A DNA stretch of 64,000 nucleotides from an uncultured Gammaproteobacteria bacterium. Lineage in GTDB: Bacteria; Patescibacteriota; Microgenomatia; Levybacterales; GWA1-39-11. The stretch lies in contig CAYVAJ010000001.1 of the NCBI GenBank assembly GCA_964448725.1, positions 7,525 to 71,524 of the forward strand, in the 5' to 3' direction. The translations under genes and the position numbers were made by a program. Position 1 is the first letter of the stretch. Each line of letters starts with the position of its first letter. The notes beneath the pieces are model-generated. The model did no database searches and was not told the DNA's origin. It worked only from the letters and a program-made list of their open reading frames with translations. Positions 39,404-50,280 of this stretch are shown here, piece after piece.

Positions 39404-39979
39404 ATGAATAGTATTCGTAATATCACTGTTTCGGGCAGAATTGCCTCTGGTACAACCACCCTTGCAAAAGGTCTTGCTGATGCATTGCAATGGGAGTTAT
39501 TTGAGGGAGGAGCGTTATTTGAAAAATACCACCAAGATCTTGGTGTACCAGAAACTCAGGCACATTTACGACCGGATGATATTGATCTTCAATTTGAAGA
39601 GATGATTAAAAAAATGCTTAAAGAACAATCGCATATTGTTATTCAAAGTCATCTCGCCGGATTTGATGCACAAGAAATACAAGGAGTATATAAAATTCTT
39701 GTTATTTGTGAAGATGAGACCGGTCAAGATCAGTCTGGAATCAGAATAGACAGACTCATAAACCGGAAAAACATTTCAGTAGAAGAAGCAAAACATGAAA
39801 TAAAAGAAAGAGAAAAGAAAAACCTTGAAAAATGGCGAAGACTTTATGCACACAATGATCCTGAATGGGTGTATTGGAAGAGAGAGTATTATGATCTCGT
39901 TATTAACACATATACTCTGAACAAACACCAAGCAATACAACAGGCACTGAAAGCAGTAACATCTCTTTTATCTTCGTAG
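39404..39979 (+). CDS. Cytidylate kinase-like protein (archaeal type)
   Basis: ITVSGRIASGTTT P-loop; YDLVINT. Confidence 0.7.
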   Translation: MNSIRNITVSGRIASGTTTLAKGLADALQWELFEGGALFEKYHQDLGVPETQAHLRPDDIDLQFEEMIKKMLKEQSHIVIQSHLAGFDAQEIQGVYKILVICEDETGQDQSGIRIDRLINRKNISVEEAKHEIKEREKKNLEKWRRLYAHNDPEWVYWKREYYDLVINTYTLNKHQAIQQALKAVTSLLSS

Positions 39980-41008
39980 TACTTCATAAGCAGGAAGTTT
40001 CTTTCCTGATAATAGTTCGAGCATAGCCCCTCCTCCAGTTGAGATAAAGCTGAATTTATCAAGCATTTTGTTTTGGCGCAAATATGATACAGTATCTCCG
40101 CCTCCTACGACAGTATATGCAGGCGAATGAGCAAGTGCATGCGCAATAAGCCGAGTTCCTTGTTCGGTCAGAGGATTATGTCCTGTTTTTCCAACTGGAC
40201 CATTCCAAACAATTGTTTTTGCAGTATTTAAAACCTGAATAAAATTCTGGGCACTTTTCATCGTAATATCGAGTCCTGAGTCTATAAGATCAGCGACCAA
40301 TATTATGGATCTCTTACGAGTACTACGAGCATGCTGTACCTTCATTAGTTCTTTTGCATGGTCAGCAACTTCTCCTCCAACCAACACAAAATCTGCAACT
40401 GCATGCATCTTCTCAACCATTGGCAACTTTGTCTCAATCTTTGCTCCTCCAATAAGTACTGCCAAGGGACGATTTGGATTATTCATAACTTTCTCAAGTG
40501 TATGTATTTCTTTTGTAAAATGAATACCTGCGTATGAAGGAAGAATACGTGCCACACCTACTGTTGAGGCATGTTCACGATGGGCAACAGCAAATGCTTC
40601 ATTAACAAAAACATCTGCAAGATTTGCAAGTTGCTTTGAAAATTCCTTGTCATTTTGTTCTTCTTCATCAAAAAATCGAATGTTTTCGAGTAAAACAATT
40701 GACTTACCAATTTTCCATCCACCAAACGGTGATGAATGTTCCTGTAGAGGTTGGTGCAATATCTGAGAATACCATTTTGCAATTGGATGAAGTGACCATG
40801 ATCGATCTCTTCCTTCTGGTCTCCCAAGATGTCCAACAAGAATAATATTACATTTATTTTTTTGTAGTGTCCGTATGGATTCAATTGAAGAGAGAAGCCT
40901 GGTATCATCCAAAATCCTGCCTGCACGAATATCAACATCACTATCAATCCTCAATAATACTGTTTTGTTCTTTATCCTGGAAGATACAAGAGAAGAAAGG
41001 GCAGCCAT
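39968..41008 (-). CDS. pgk: Phosphoglycerate kinase
   Basis: GHLGRP, LLENIRF, GGAK, VWNGP, GGGDT, ISTGGGA. Confidence 0.92.
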   Translation of the reverse strand: MAALSSLVSSRIKNKTVLLRIDSDVDIRAGRILDDTRLLSSIESIRTLQKNKCNIILVGHLGRPEGRDRSWSLHPIAKWYSQILHQPLQEHSSPFGGWKIGKSIVLLENIRFFDEEEQNDKEFSKQLANLADVFVNEAFAVAHREHASTVGVARILPSYAGIHFTKEIHTLEKVMNNPNRPLAVLIGGAKIETKLPMVEKMHAVADFVLVGGEVADHAKELMKVQHARSTRKRSIILVADLIDSGLDITMKSAQNFIQVLNTAKTIVWNGPVGKTGHNPLTEQGTRLIAHALAHSPAYTVVGGGDTVSYLRQNKMLDKFSFISTGGGAMLELLSGKKLPAYEVLRR

Positions 41009-41044
41009 ACTCTTTTTATACACAATCCAATGTAACTTTGGCAA

Positions 41045-43447
41045 TTATTGAGCAAAGGGTGAGATAGACGGTTGAAGAGGAGAAAATTGACAATTCACAC
41101 TCTGTTCTGTGCCTCTAACAAAGTATGTTTCTCGACCATAACAGTTACGAACCACTATTCCTGCAGGAGCCTCTATTCTTTCAGGTTCTGTGTCTTCTAA
41201 CAAAGCTGTCATAATACTGTTCCACATAGGAGCTGCTCCTGTAATTCCTGACGTTAGATTCGGACTCATTGGTGTATTATCATTATTTCCAACCCATGTC
41301 GCAACCACATATTGCTTTGTAAACCCAACAGTCCAGTTATCGCGTTTATTATCAGTTGTCCCTGTTTTTACAGAAACTTGATGACCTGGAATGTGTAAAG
41401 GAGAATCAGAACCAAAAGCAGCAGATCGAGCAGTATTATCAGCTAGAATATCTGCGATAATAAATGCATTTGCAGGATCAACGACTTGCCTTGGTTCTAT
41501 TTCTTTATGATATATCTTTTTACCATACGCATCAGTTACTTCGATGATTGGATTTATATTTACCCTTTGTCCATTGTTAGCAATTGTTCCAAATACAGTT
41601 GAGAGATCTGTCATTTTTGTTTCACCTCCACCAAGGGTAATTGATAGTCCGTATCTACTGGAGTCATTCCATGTAGTAATCCCCATCTTCTTCCCCATAG
41701 AGATAATATTGTTTACACCAAGCTTTTGTGCGACACGAACTGCTGGAATGTTATATGAATTTGCAAATGAATTTCTAAGAGTTTGCCTGCCATGATACGA
41801 TCCGTCATAATTTACTGGAGTATATGAAGGTCCTCCATCAGTGGATGCAATAGTGAGTGGGGAGTCCTCAAGCATAGTTGCTTCTGTATATCCACTCTCC
41901 AAAGCAAGCGTATAGGTTACAATTTTAATTGTTGATCCAGGTTGGCGGAGAGATGTGGCAATATTTACATTTCCATCATGCTCTGTGTCAAAATAATTGC
42001 GGCTTCCCACCATTGCAAGAACATCTCCATTGTTGGGATTAGTTACAAGTGCTGCACCATTTTGAACATTAAGGTAGGCATTCTCATCAACATGACGAAT
42101 AACTGCATTCTCAACTTCTTGCTGCATCTCATAATCCAAACTTGTCCGTACCTGTAGACCTCCGCGTTCAACTTCATTGATACCATACTGTTGTACAAGC
42201 AAATCTTTCACATACATGACGAAATGAGGGGCCTTAATTGGGACAGCAGGACTCATAAATACCAATTCTTGCTGAAATGCCTCATTTGCCTGTTTTTGAT
42301 TGATATATCCATCCCTGACCATTGCTGCCAATACTTCTTTCTGTCTATTTTTCCAGAGCTTGCCTTCACCAGAAAAAGGAGAATAAATGCTTGGGGCACG
42401 AGGTAGCCCAGCAAGAAACGCACTCTCTGCAAGAGACAGCTCTGATACTTTTTTCCCAAAATATATTTCACTTGCAGATTCAACGCCCCATGCAGTACCA
42501 CCGTATGGTACATAATTAAAGTACATTTCAAGTATTTGATCTTTGGTATATTTTTGTTCTGACCATAGCGCTAGCACGACTTCTTTTACTTTACGTTTAA
42601 TGGTTGGTTCAGGCGTAAGAAAAGCAGACTTAATAAGCTGCTGAGTAATAGTTGATCCTCCTTGTAAATAATCTGTGCTGATATTTGATACAAATGCACG
42701 AATAATTCCACGCAGATCAAATCCTGGGTGATCATAAAAATCCTTATCTTCAATCGCAATAGTTGCATGTTTTAATTCTTGAGGAATATCGCTTAACTGT
42801 ACTACTGTCCTGTTTTGATTTGCATAAATTTCGTATAGCAAAACATTATTCCTGTCGTAAATTTTGGTCGTTTTTGGAATATATGAAATTGAGAGATTTT
42901 CAGGATCAGGAAGTTCTGATACAAATATTATGAAAAGAAGCGGAACAAATAATAATAAAAATGACATCACAACACCAAGAAGAAAGAACTTTAATTTATA
43001 AAAAAAAGAAGGTTTATAAATATGCTTAGATATTCTTTTTTTTCGTTTCTTCTTTCTTTTCTGAGCAAGAATAGGGGAGATAGTTTTTCCTATTTTAGCA
43101 GCAATTGTAGATTTCAATTCATAGAATAAGTTCTCAACTCGTTGAAAGTTCTGAGCTGTTTTGCTTAACATCTTTTTTATAAATAAAAAAATGGTCTTAA
43201 TCGTACTGCCTACTATAAGTCCTACTTTTTGAAATGAAAAAGTAGAAGATAATGAACTGGATTTTTTACTTCGTCGTTTTTTTGATGTAGAGTTACGTGT
43301 TTTCTGAGAAAGAGGTTTTGTCTTTTCCCCAAAAGCGGATATGCGGGAAATAAGCATCACTATTTTTTGTCCAGCAATGATAAAAAGATCTCCAAGGGTA
43401 ATAACTGCTATCAAAAGCATTAATATAATCTGCCGTAACACTGCCAT
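41045..43447 (-). CDS. Class A penicillin-binding protein with long basic N-terminal region
   Basis: EDKDFYDH, QGGSTITQQLIK, STIK, SYN, KTG. Confidence 0.92.
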   Translation of the reverse strand: MAVLRQIILMLLIAVITLGDLFIIAGQKIVMLISRISAFGEKTKPLSQKTRNSTSKKRRSKKSSSLSSTFSFQKVGLIVGSTIKTIFLFIKKMLSKTAQNFQRVENLFYELKSTIAAKIGKTISPILAQKRKKKRKKRISKHIYKPSFFYKLKFFLLGVVMSFLLLFVPLLFIIFVSELPDPENLSISYIPKTTKIYDRNNVLLYEIYANQNRTVVQLSDIPQELKHATIAIEDKDFYDHPGFDLRGIIRAFVSNISTDYLQGGSTITQQLIKSAFLTPEPTIKRKVKEVVLALWSEQKYTKDQILEMYFNYVPYGGTAWGVESASEIYFGKKVSELSLAESAFLAGLPRAPSIYSPFSGEGKLWKNRQKEVLAAMVRDGYINQKQANEAFQQELVFMSPAVPIKAPHFVMYVKDLLVQQYGINEVERGGLQVRTSLDYEMQQEVENAVIRHVDENAYLNVQNGAALVTNPNNGDVLAMVGSRNYFDTEHDGNVNIATSLRQPGSTIKIVTYTLALESGYTEATMLEDSPLTIASTDGGPSYTPVNYDGSYHGRQTLRNSFANSYNIPAVRVAQKLGVNNIISMGKKMGITTWNDSSRYGLSITLGGGETKMTDLSTVFGTIANNGQRVNINPIIEVTDAYGKKIYHKEIEPRQVVDPANAFIIADILADNTARSAAFGSDSPLHIPGHQVSVKTGTTDNKRDNWTVGFTKQYVVATWVGNNDNTPMSPNLTSGITGAAPMWNSIMTALLEDTEPERIEAPAGIVVRNCYGRETYFVRGTEQSVNCQFSPLQPSISPFAQ

Positions 43448-43555
43448 AAAATCGTGATGGGATTTATGTCTGGATTATACACAATACAGGCTTAAATAGA
43501 AAGACATGAAACAACTTTGTTTTCATTTTTGAACTAAATTGCGTACAATAGATGT

Positions 43556-44533
43556 ATGCGCTTTCTTGTTGTAGGATCATCTGTTGTTGATATGTTCTCA
43601 GAACTCGACTCTCCTCAAAGCGCATCTATCAGCAATCAGACTATTACCTTTCATCTAGGAGACAAAGTACCTGTTGATATCAATCATCAAGCATTAGGAG
43701 GAAATGGAATGAATGTGTCGGTAGGATTAACCCGCTTAGGGCTTCCTGTGACATTCTATACCTATGTGGGATCAGACTCACTTTCAGCAAATATTGAACA
43801 AACTCTGCAAAATGAAGGGGTTGAGACAATTTTTGAGAGAGATTCTCTCACCAGCTCGCTCTCTTTTATTCTAAATGTTAATGATGACCGAATTATATTT
43901 TCCCATCACCCTATACGGAATCATGATTTTTCACCGCCAAAAGATTCAAACTTTGATTTTATTTTTCTTAGCTCTGTTGGCGCACACTGGGAGAACACCT
44001 ATAAAAAAGTCCTTGCCTATGCAACGCAAGCAGGAATACCTATTTTATTTTCGCCAGGATCAAAACAACTCGATACACCGATAGACATGTTTTTCTTAGC
44101 ACTCCATCAATCTGAAATGCTGCTTGTGAATACTGAAGAGGCGAGAGTTATTACTTCATATTTTGGGGAGACACATTCGAATATTGAATCATTGTGTAAT
44201 AGCTTAGTAAAACTCGGGCCAAAAACCCTATCATTAACTGATGGAGCGAATGGTGCATATGCCTATCACAAAAATCAACTATTTCATATACCTCCTTTCC
44301 CAAATCTCACCAAACCAGAAAAAACAGGAGCAGGTGATGCGTATGCTTCAGGATTTTTAGCGGGATATATGCATACAAAAGATATAACTGAGGCTATGCG
44401 GTGGGGGAGTGCAAATGCATATATGGCAATGCAAGAGGTGGGTGCGCAGAATGGATTGGCTACACAAGAAAAACTATTGAATACTTTGCAAAAACATGAT
44501 ACCTTTAAAGCATCGCTTGTAGAACACTCATAA
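43556..44533 (+). CDS. PfkB family carbohydrate kinase
   Basis: GGNGMNVSVGLTRLG, N.EEA, TGAGDAYASG. Confidence 0.9.
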   Translation: MRFLVVGSSVVDMFSELDSPQSASISNQTITFHLGDKVPVDINHQALGGNGMNVSVGLTRLGLPVTFYTYVGSDSLSANIEQTLQNEGVETIFERDSLTSSLSFILNVNDDRIIFSHHPIRNHDFSPPKDSNFDFIFLSSVGAHWENTYKKVLAYATQAGIPILFSPGSKQLDTPIDMFFLALHQSEMLLVNTEEARVITSYFGETHSNIESLCNSLVKLGPKTLSLTDGANGAYAYHKNQLFHIPPFPNLTKPEKTGAGDAYASGFLAGYMHTKDITEAMRWGSANAYMAMQEVGAQNGLATQEKLLNTLQKHDTFKASLVEHS

Positions 44534-44534
44534 T

Positions 44535-45401
44535 ATGACTCTTTCAGAACTCCATCAAAAAGCAAAACAAGAACACTGGGCAGTTCCTCATTTTAATTTT
44601 TCAACTCTCTCACAATTACAAGGTATTTTAGAAGGTGCAAAAGAAATGCGCGCACCTGTAGTTGTTGGGACATCTGAAGGGGAACGAGAATTTATTGGTC
44701 TTACTCAAGCAGTATATCTTGTAAGAAGCTATCGTGAAACATATGATATTCCAATTTTTCTCAACGCAGACCATTCCCGTAGCTTTGAAACAGCAAAAGC
44801 AGCGTGTGATGCAGGATATGACTCCGTACACCTTGATGTTTCTAAAAAATCATTTGAGGAAAATATAGAAGAGACAAAACGAGTTGTTGATTATGTAAAA
44901 AGTACACGTCCTGAAGTAGAAGTAGAAGGAGAGTTGGGGTATCTTGCTACTGAATCATCTAAGATATATAAAGAAGCCATAGAAATTCCTGAGGACAGTT
45001 ATACTAAAATTGATGAAGCTGTCAGATATGTGCAAGAGACTAAGATCGACCGATTTGCACCAGCAATAGGAAATCTACACGGAATTGCCGCCAATAATCC
45101 TAAAATTCAATTTGATCTTATTAAAAGTCTTACTGATGCACTTCCTAAAAACCTCACTTTTGTTTTGCATGGAGGATCAGGAATTACCGATGAAGATATG
45201 AAAAAAATAGTAGAACTTGGATTTAATAATGTTCATATCTCAACTGAAATTAGAGCAGCATATACTGATGGCCTTCGCACGTACCTTGATGCAAATCCTG
45301 AGGAAATCTCTCCTGCTAAATATCTTGAGCCTGCCAAAAATGCAGTCATTCCCCTCGTAAAAGAAAAATTGGCAGTGTATAACACCGTAAACGTCATATA
45401 A
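44535..45401 (+). CDS. fba: Class II fructose-bisphosphate aldolase
   Basis: NADH, VEGELG, IGNLHG, VLHGGSG. Confidence 0.9.
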   Translation: MTLSELHQKAKQEHWAVPHFNFSTLSQLQGILEGAKEMRAPVVVGTSEGEREFIGLTQAVYLVRSYRETYDIPIFLNADHSRSFETAKAACDAGYDSVHLDVSKKSFEENIEETKRVVDYVKSTRPEVEVEGELGYLATESSKIYKEAIEIPEDSYTKIDEAVRYVQETKIDRFAPAIGNLHGIAANNPKIQFDLIKSLTDALPKNLTFVLHGGSGITDEDMKKIVELGFNNVHISTEIRAAYTDGLRTYLDANPEEISPAKYLEPAKNAVIPLVKEKLAVYNTVNVI

Positions 45402-45405
45402 TTGT

Positions 45406-45864
45406 ATGAAGATAGTATTAGGCGCAGACCATCGTGGATTTACACTCAAACAAGAGATCAAACAATATTTGCTTGAACATAATTACACCCTAGAAGATGT
45501 TGGAGACCTGAATCCCGATACCCCTGAAGATTATCCTGACATTGCAGTTGCTGCTTCAAAAGAAATGTTGAAACATCCAGAAAATATAGGTGTTGTTATC
45601 TGCGGATCTGGCGCAGGAATATCAATTGCTGCCAATAAGATTAGAGGTATTCGCTGTGGATTTGGTCTTAATCCTGAACAGGTACAAGCAGCACGTAAAG
45701 ATGATGATATTAACATGCTAGCACTTGCATCAGATTACACGTTAAAAGATGAGGCAATTGCTATGGTAGAGTCATTGATTAAAACTCCTTTTATTCCAAA
45801 CGAAAGATACACGAGAAGATTAGAAAAAATTACAGCTCTAGAACAAAAATCTCATGCATCCTAG
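45406..45864 (+). CDS. rpiB: Ribose-5-phosphate isomerase B
   Basis: GADHRG, DYPD, CGSGAG...ANK..GIR. Confidence 0.92.
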   Translation: MKIVLGADHRGFTLKQEIKQYLLEHNYTLEDVGDLNPDTPEDYPDIAVAASKEMLKHPENIGVVICGSGAGISIAANKIRGIRCGFGLNPEQVQAARKDDDINMLALASDYTLKDEAIAMVESLIKTPFIPNERYTRRLEKITALEQKSHAS

Positions 45865-46498
45865 TACAATTCAAATTATTCCAGGAGTTTTGGAACAAGA
45901 ATGGAATAATATAGAACAAAAACTCCAAACAATAAAGGGTTTTTCCCCCTCAGTTCACGTTGATATTATTGACGGTATATTTGTTGACAATCAGACATTT
46001 TTAGATCCCACACCCTTCTTGTCATATTCACAAGAGCTTTTTCTTGAGCTTCATATGATGGTACAAGACCCAATTACCTACATTGAACCATTCGCTCATG
46101 CCGGATTTAAGCGCTTCATAGGACAGATTGAGATGATGCCTGATCAACAAGCATTTATCGATATGGCAAAAAAATATGGTGAAGCAGGTCTTGCTATAGA
46201 TGGTCCCACCTCTCTTGAAAAAATCACCGTACCACTTGATTCACCTGACTGCTTTCTTGTGTATACTTCAGAGAAAGTGGGCTTCTCAGGCCCTCCTCTT
46301 CTTGATCAACGGCTTGAAAAAGTAACGCAGCTAAGAGCACAGACTAGTTCGATTATTGAAGTTGATGGCGGAATAACTGATAAAACACTCCCAAAAGCAA
46401 TAAAAGCAGGCGCGAATCGAGCTATCGCAACCAGTTTCATTTTCTCAAATTCTAATCCAGAGAAGAATTATAAAACTCTCACAGCTTTAGGAGAATAG
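45854..46498 (+). CDS. rpe: Ribulose-phosphate 3-epimerase
   Basis: HVDIIDG, HMMV, GFSG, EVDGG. Confidence 0.85.
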   Translation: MHPSTIQIIPGVLEQEWNNIEQKLQTIKGFSPSVHVDIIDGIFVDNQTFLDPTPFLSYSQELFLELHMMVQDPITYIEPFAHAGFKRFIGQIEMMPDQQAFIDMAKKYGEAGLAIDGPTSLEKITVPLDSPDCFLVYTSEKVGFSGPPLLDQRLEKVTQLRAQTSSIIEVDGGITDKTLPKAIKAGANRAIATSFIFSNSNPEKNYKTLTALGE

Positions 46499-48826
46499 TG
46501 CTCTCGTAAGAGGAAATATCATCAAGAGAACCTGTAAGAAAAGTGATATTCCTACAGAAATAATTAATAAGCGATTCCACGGGCGTATACCACCTCTCAC
46601 AATAAATACAATAATCATCTCGCACACAACAAAAACATTAAATACCACTAAACGAGCAGTAGACTCTGAGAATTGAGTTAGAAGTGCCGCAAATAACGCA
46701 ACAACACCAATAGAAAGAGGTACAGAGATTTTTATGATTTTCATAAGACGTGCTTTATTTAAAATATGTTCAGAAATATCCCGCGGTTTTTGTGATAATA
46801 ATTTTCCTCGTTTTGTATCTGTAGCAACGGCAAGTGCAGGGAATCCGTCTGAGACAAGATTAATCCACAGTATCTGTGTTGCAGTAAGCGGAATAGGGAG
46901 TCCGAGCAAAATACCGATAAATACCGCCAAAAACTCTGCTGCATTTGATGCAAGCAAATATACGACAACATGTGTAATATTGCCAAATATATTTCGTCCT
47001 TCCTCAACTGCCCGAATTACTGTTGCAAGATTATCATCGGTAATAACCAGATCTGCTGCCTCTTTTGCTACTTCAGTTCCTTCTCTTCCCATTGCAACAC
47101 CAATATTTGCCTCAGTTAATGCAAGTGAATCATTCACTCCATCACCAGTTACGGCAACAACATATCCAGCTGATTTATATAATCGCACTAATCTTAGCTT
47201 GTCCTCAGGCCTCATACGAGCAAAAACACGAATCCGGGGAAGTAACTTGAGCAGCTCCTCATCTGATAAATGGCTTATTTCCTCTGTCGTTACAGCTAGA
47301 TCTTTTTCCTCAATCATGCCTATTTCTGTAGCAATTGCAGACGCAGTAATTGGATTGTCTCCAGTTACCATAACCACACGAATACCAGCAATTTTTGCTT
47401 TTCTAAGCGCCTCAGCAGCTTCTATTCGCGGGGCATCATAAATTCCAACCAAACCAATAAATTCTGGATCTTTTTCACCAACGGCTTGTGCAAATCCAAT
47501 AACTCGAAGACCTTCCTTTGCCAGAGACTCCATTTTTGCTTCAATTTTAGCGTTTTGAGCGGACTTCGTAATAGCAAGAATACTTTCAGGTGCTCCTCGA
47601 TAAAACGTGTGTTTTTTACCCTTTATGTCTTCCCATACTGTCTCTATTATTTTTGTGCGTGAATCAAATGGTTTTTCTGCAATTATTTTTCCTTCTGACC
47701 GATACTCACTTAATGAAGGTACCTGAGAATGTGCATACAGTATCAATGCTCCATCTGTCTTGTCTCCTAATACCTCAAATTCTTCCCCATTTTTTTCTAG
47801 CGCTAGCTTGGCACTATTTCCCACTACACAAGCGCGCACCAAAGCAGGCTGGGACTTATCCTGCAGAACCCATTCTTTTTTCACCCTCATTTTATTTTGA
47901 GTTAACGTACCGGTTTTATCACTTAAAATAATTGATGTTGCTCCTAATGTCTCAACTGAAGCCATCTTTCGTACTATTGTTTTTTGCTGAATCATACGAT
48001 ACGATCCAACAGCAAGAGCAATGGTCACCACCAGAGGTAATCCTTCGGGAATAATCGCAACTGCAAGACTCACTGTTGTTAACACAAGTTCGCGAAAATC
48101 CCTTCCTTGTAATAGGCCGATCGGAAGCAAGAGAAGTGAGATAGTCACCGCAGCAATTCCAAGCTTACGGCCAAGAAGTGAGAGATTATCCGCAAGAGGT
48201 GTTCGCGGTTTTTGCAGTTTTAACATTTGCTCAGCAATCTGTCCAAGTCGCGTATCTTGTCCAGTGGCACCGACTAACATCTTGCCTTGTCCGCGTAATA
48301 TAAATGTGCCTGCCATAAGAAAATCACGTGATTTTTTCTCAACTGGAAGAGACTCACCAGTAAAAATAGATTCATCCACCTCCATTGTTCCTCGGGCAAC
48401 CAACTCTCCATCCGCGGGAATTTTATCGCCTTCCCGAAGTATCACGATATCACCTGGAACAAGCTGAGCAACAGACAAAAGAACTTCTTTCCCATCACGC
48501 ATAACAGATATTTCAGGAATCACTAATTCTTTGAGTTTCTCAAGTGTTTTTTCGGCCCTATATTCTTGAAAGAACCCAAACATTCCATTAATCAGCAATA
48601 CCAATCCAATAAAAAACGCATCTACACGCTCTCCAATAATAAATGAGAAAAGAGCGGCAAATGCCAAAATCGCAGTAAATACCGTAAGGTATTGAGTGGC
48701 AAGCAACTTAATAAGTGAGAATGAATGTTCCTGCGCAATAACATTCTGGCCATACTCAGCCAATTTTTTCTTAGCTTGTTGCGTTGTGAGACCAGTAAGT
48801 GAGATTGTTCGTTTAATATCCATCAA
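46487..48826 (-). CDS. Cation-transporting P-type ATPase (Ca2+/type IIA-like)
   Basis: TGES, PEGL, DKTGTLT, TGDN, GDGVND. Confidence 0.93.
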   Translation of the reverse strand: MMDIKRTISLTGLTTQQAKKKLAEYGQNVIAQEHSFSLIKLLATQYLTVFTAILAFAALFSFIIGERVDAFFIGLVLLINGMFGFFQEYRAEKTLEKLKELVIPEISVMRDGKEVLLSVAQLVPGDIVILREGDKIPADGELVARGTMEVDESIFTGESLPVEKKSRDFLMAGTFILRGQGKMLVGATGQDTRLGQIAEQMLKLQKPRTPLADNLSLLGRKLGIAAVTISLLLLPIGLLQGRDFRELVLTTVSLAVAIIPEGLPLVVTIALAVGSYRMIQQKTIVRKMASVETLGATSIILSDKTGTLTQNKMRVKKEWVLQDKSQPALVRACVVGNSAKLALEKNGEEFEVLGDKTDGALILYAHSQVPSLSEYRSEGKIIAEKPFDSRTKIIETVWEDIKGKKHTFYRGAPESILAITKSAQNAKIEAKMESLAKEGLRVIGFAQAVGEKDPEFIGLVGIYDAPRIEAAEALRKAKIAGIRVVMVTGDNPITASAIATEIGMIEEKDLAVTTEEISHLSDEELLKLLPRIRVFARMRPEDKLRLVRLYKSAGYVVAVTGDGVNDSLALTEANIGVAMGREGTEVAKEAADLVITDDNLATVIRAVEEGRNIFGNITHVVVYLLASNAAEFLAVFIGILLGLPIPLTATQILWINLVSDGFPALAVATDTKRGKLLSQKPRDISEHILNKARLMKIIKISVPLSIGVVALFAALLTQFSESTARLVVFNVFVVCEMIIVFIVRGGIRPWNRLLIISVGISLFLQVLLMIFPLTRALFS

Positions 48827-50280
48827 TTCGTAATACGGAATTTTTCAATCAAATCCTGATTGTCAGGTATGTTTTTAAGGAGTATGACAATACGTTCATC
48901 GATATATACCGGAACCCATTGACTATCCTGCATAATAGTCTGCAAAAATGCTTGTGCCCATGGCGTAATATCTGTATGGGCAAAAAAGACCGTATTAATA
49001 TCATACCGTATTACTTGCTGTTTGAAAAATGCAAAATCAGTCTGCATTCGTTTATATTCATCAAAAAAAGAGGCTGGATAGGCTTCTGGTCTTCCATCAA
49101 CAAAAACTTTTTCCTCTGGATACAGTCGGTAAATGAGATAGCTTCCAATATCAAAATTATTAAATATACGTCCAGAAAGCTTATTCTCCTTAAAGAAATC
49201 CACAGCTTTTTCTGCACCAGAGATATAATACAAACCAAAATAAGGAGATTGGATATGATGGAAACTGTGTACAAAAGAAAAAATGATGAAAATACTTGCT
49301 GTAATACCCACAATCTGATTTCGGATCTGGGGGGAAATTTTTTCTAAAAGAATAGACACACTCTGAGCAAGACCAGGTAAAACAATTAACACAAAAAGAG
49401 GGAAATTACGAATCATCATAAATCCAGCAACAACGGCAAAGCTCATACTTAATGAAAAAAAATAGTTTTTTCTTTTTAACTGGATTACGATACCCACCAA
49501 TACAACTAATGCTAGTAACTCAAATACCAACACTCGAGGATTGAAGAAAAAAGAGTTTAAGAAAAAAATATTCTGATTTTCGACAATTGAATATCCATAA
49601 TTACCAAATACACGTAGTGGGTAAATGGCTCCTTCAATACCATTAGGATTAATCATTGTTACTGCATATGCTGTACAAAAAAGCAAAATAAATTTTGAAT
49701 TAAGTTTTTTACGTAAAACTAGATCAACTGCTAAGAAAGCAAGAAGCAACAATCCCACAAAAAAATATATATGGGAGTTTACCCACAACAACTGTATTAG
49801 TACCACTGGAGATAAATAGAGCAGTTTTCCTGTTTTTCGATAAACAGAAAGTAGAAAAAGCATCAATGAAACAAATACAAAACTGAAAATTTCAGGCCGA
49901 GCATCAAACCTTTCTGAAAAAATAAATATAAATGGAATGGAGAGAATACTTGCAATCCACAAGGAGCTCTTTTTTACTGCGAGGTATAACACCAGAATAA
50001 ATGAAGCACTTATGAGAAAAATTTTAATCCACAACAACGCCGTAAGATTTATATAGTGTGCAATAAGGTAAAAGACCACTTCCGGAATCCAATGATGATT
50101 GATAAATGGGAAATTAGGTGCTGTGTAAGAGAACAAATTTATTTTAGGAACACATACACAATCTAAGATGATCTGCCCAAGGAGTAGATGTCTTCCTAAA
50201 TCCTGAGTAAATGCTTTCTCAACCTGGAGAAGCAGCATAAACAAATATAAAATTGGTAGCAACACTAAAAAATTTTTCAT
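48823..50280 (-). CDS. Polytopic membrane protein (GT-C-like)
   Basis: DLGRHL..G, RPE.FS, LWVNSH, VFVDGRPEAY; many TM helices. Confidence 0.65.
   Translation of the reverse strand: MKNFLVLLPILYLFMLLLQVEKAFTQDLGRHLLLGQIILDCVCVPKINLFSYTAPNFPFINHHWIPEVVFYLIAHYINLTALLWIKIFLISASFILVLYLAVKKSSLWIASILSIPFIFIFSERFDARPEIFSFVFVSLMLFLLSVYRKTGKLLYLSPVVLIQLLWVNSHIYFFVGLLLLAFLAVDLVLRKKLNSKFILLFCTAYAVTMINPNGIEGAIYPLRVFGNYGYSIVENQNIFFLNSFFFNPRVLVFELLALVVLVGIVIQLKRKNYFFSLSMSFAVVAGFMMIRNFPLFVLIVLPGLAQSVSILLEKISPQIRNQIVGITASIFIIFSFVHSFHHIQSPYFGLYYISGAEKAVDFFKENKLSGRIFNNFDIGSYLIYRLYPEEKVFVDGRPEAYPASFFDEYKRMQTDFAFFKQQVIRYDINTVFFAHTDITPWAQAFLQTIMQDSQWVPVYIDERIVILLKNIPDNQDLIEKFRITN

Noticed and set aside
46734-48467. 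Long plus-strand ORFs (235 aa, 148 aa) opposite the P-type ATPase
   Set aside because: Antisense shadow frames of a conserved gene. The same applies to those opposite rpoD, ftsH, gap and the PBPs.
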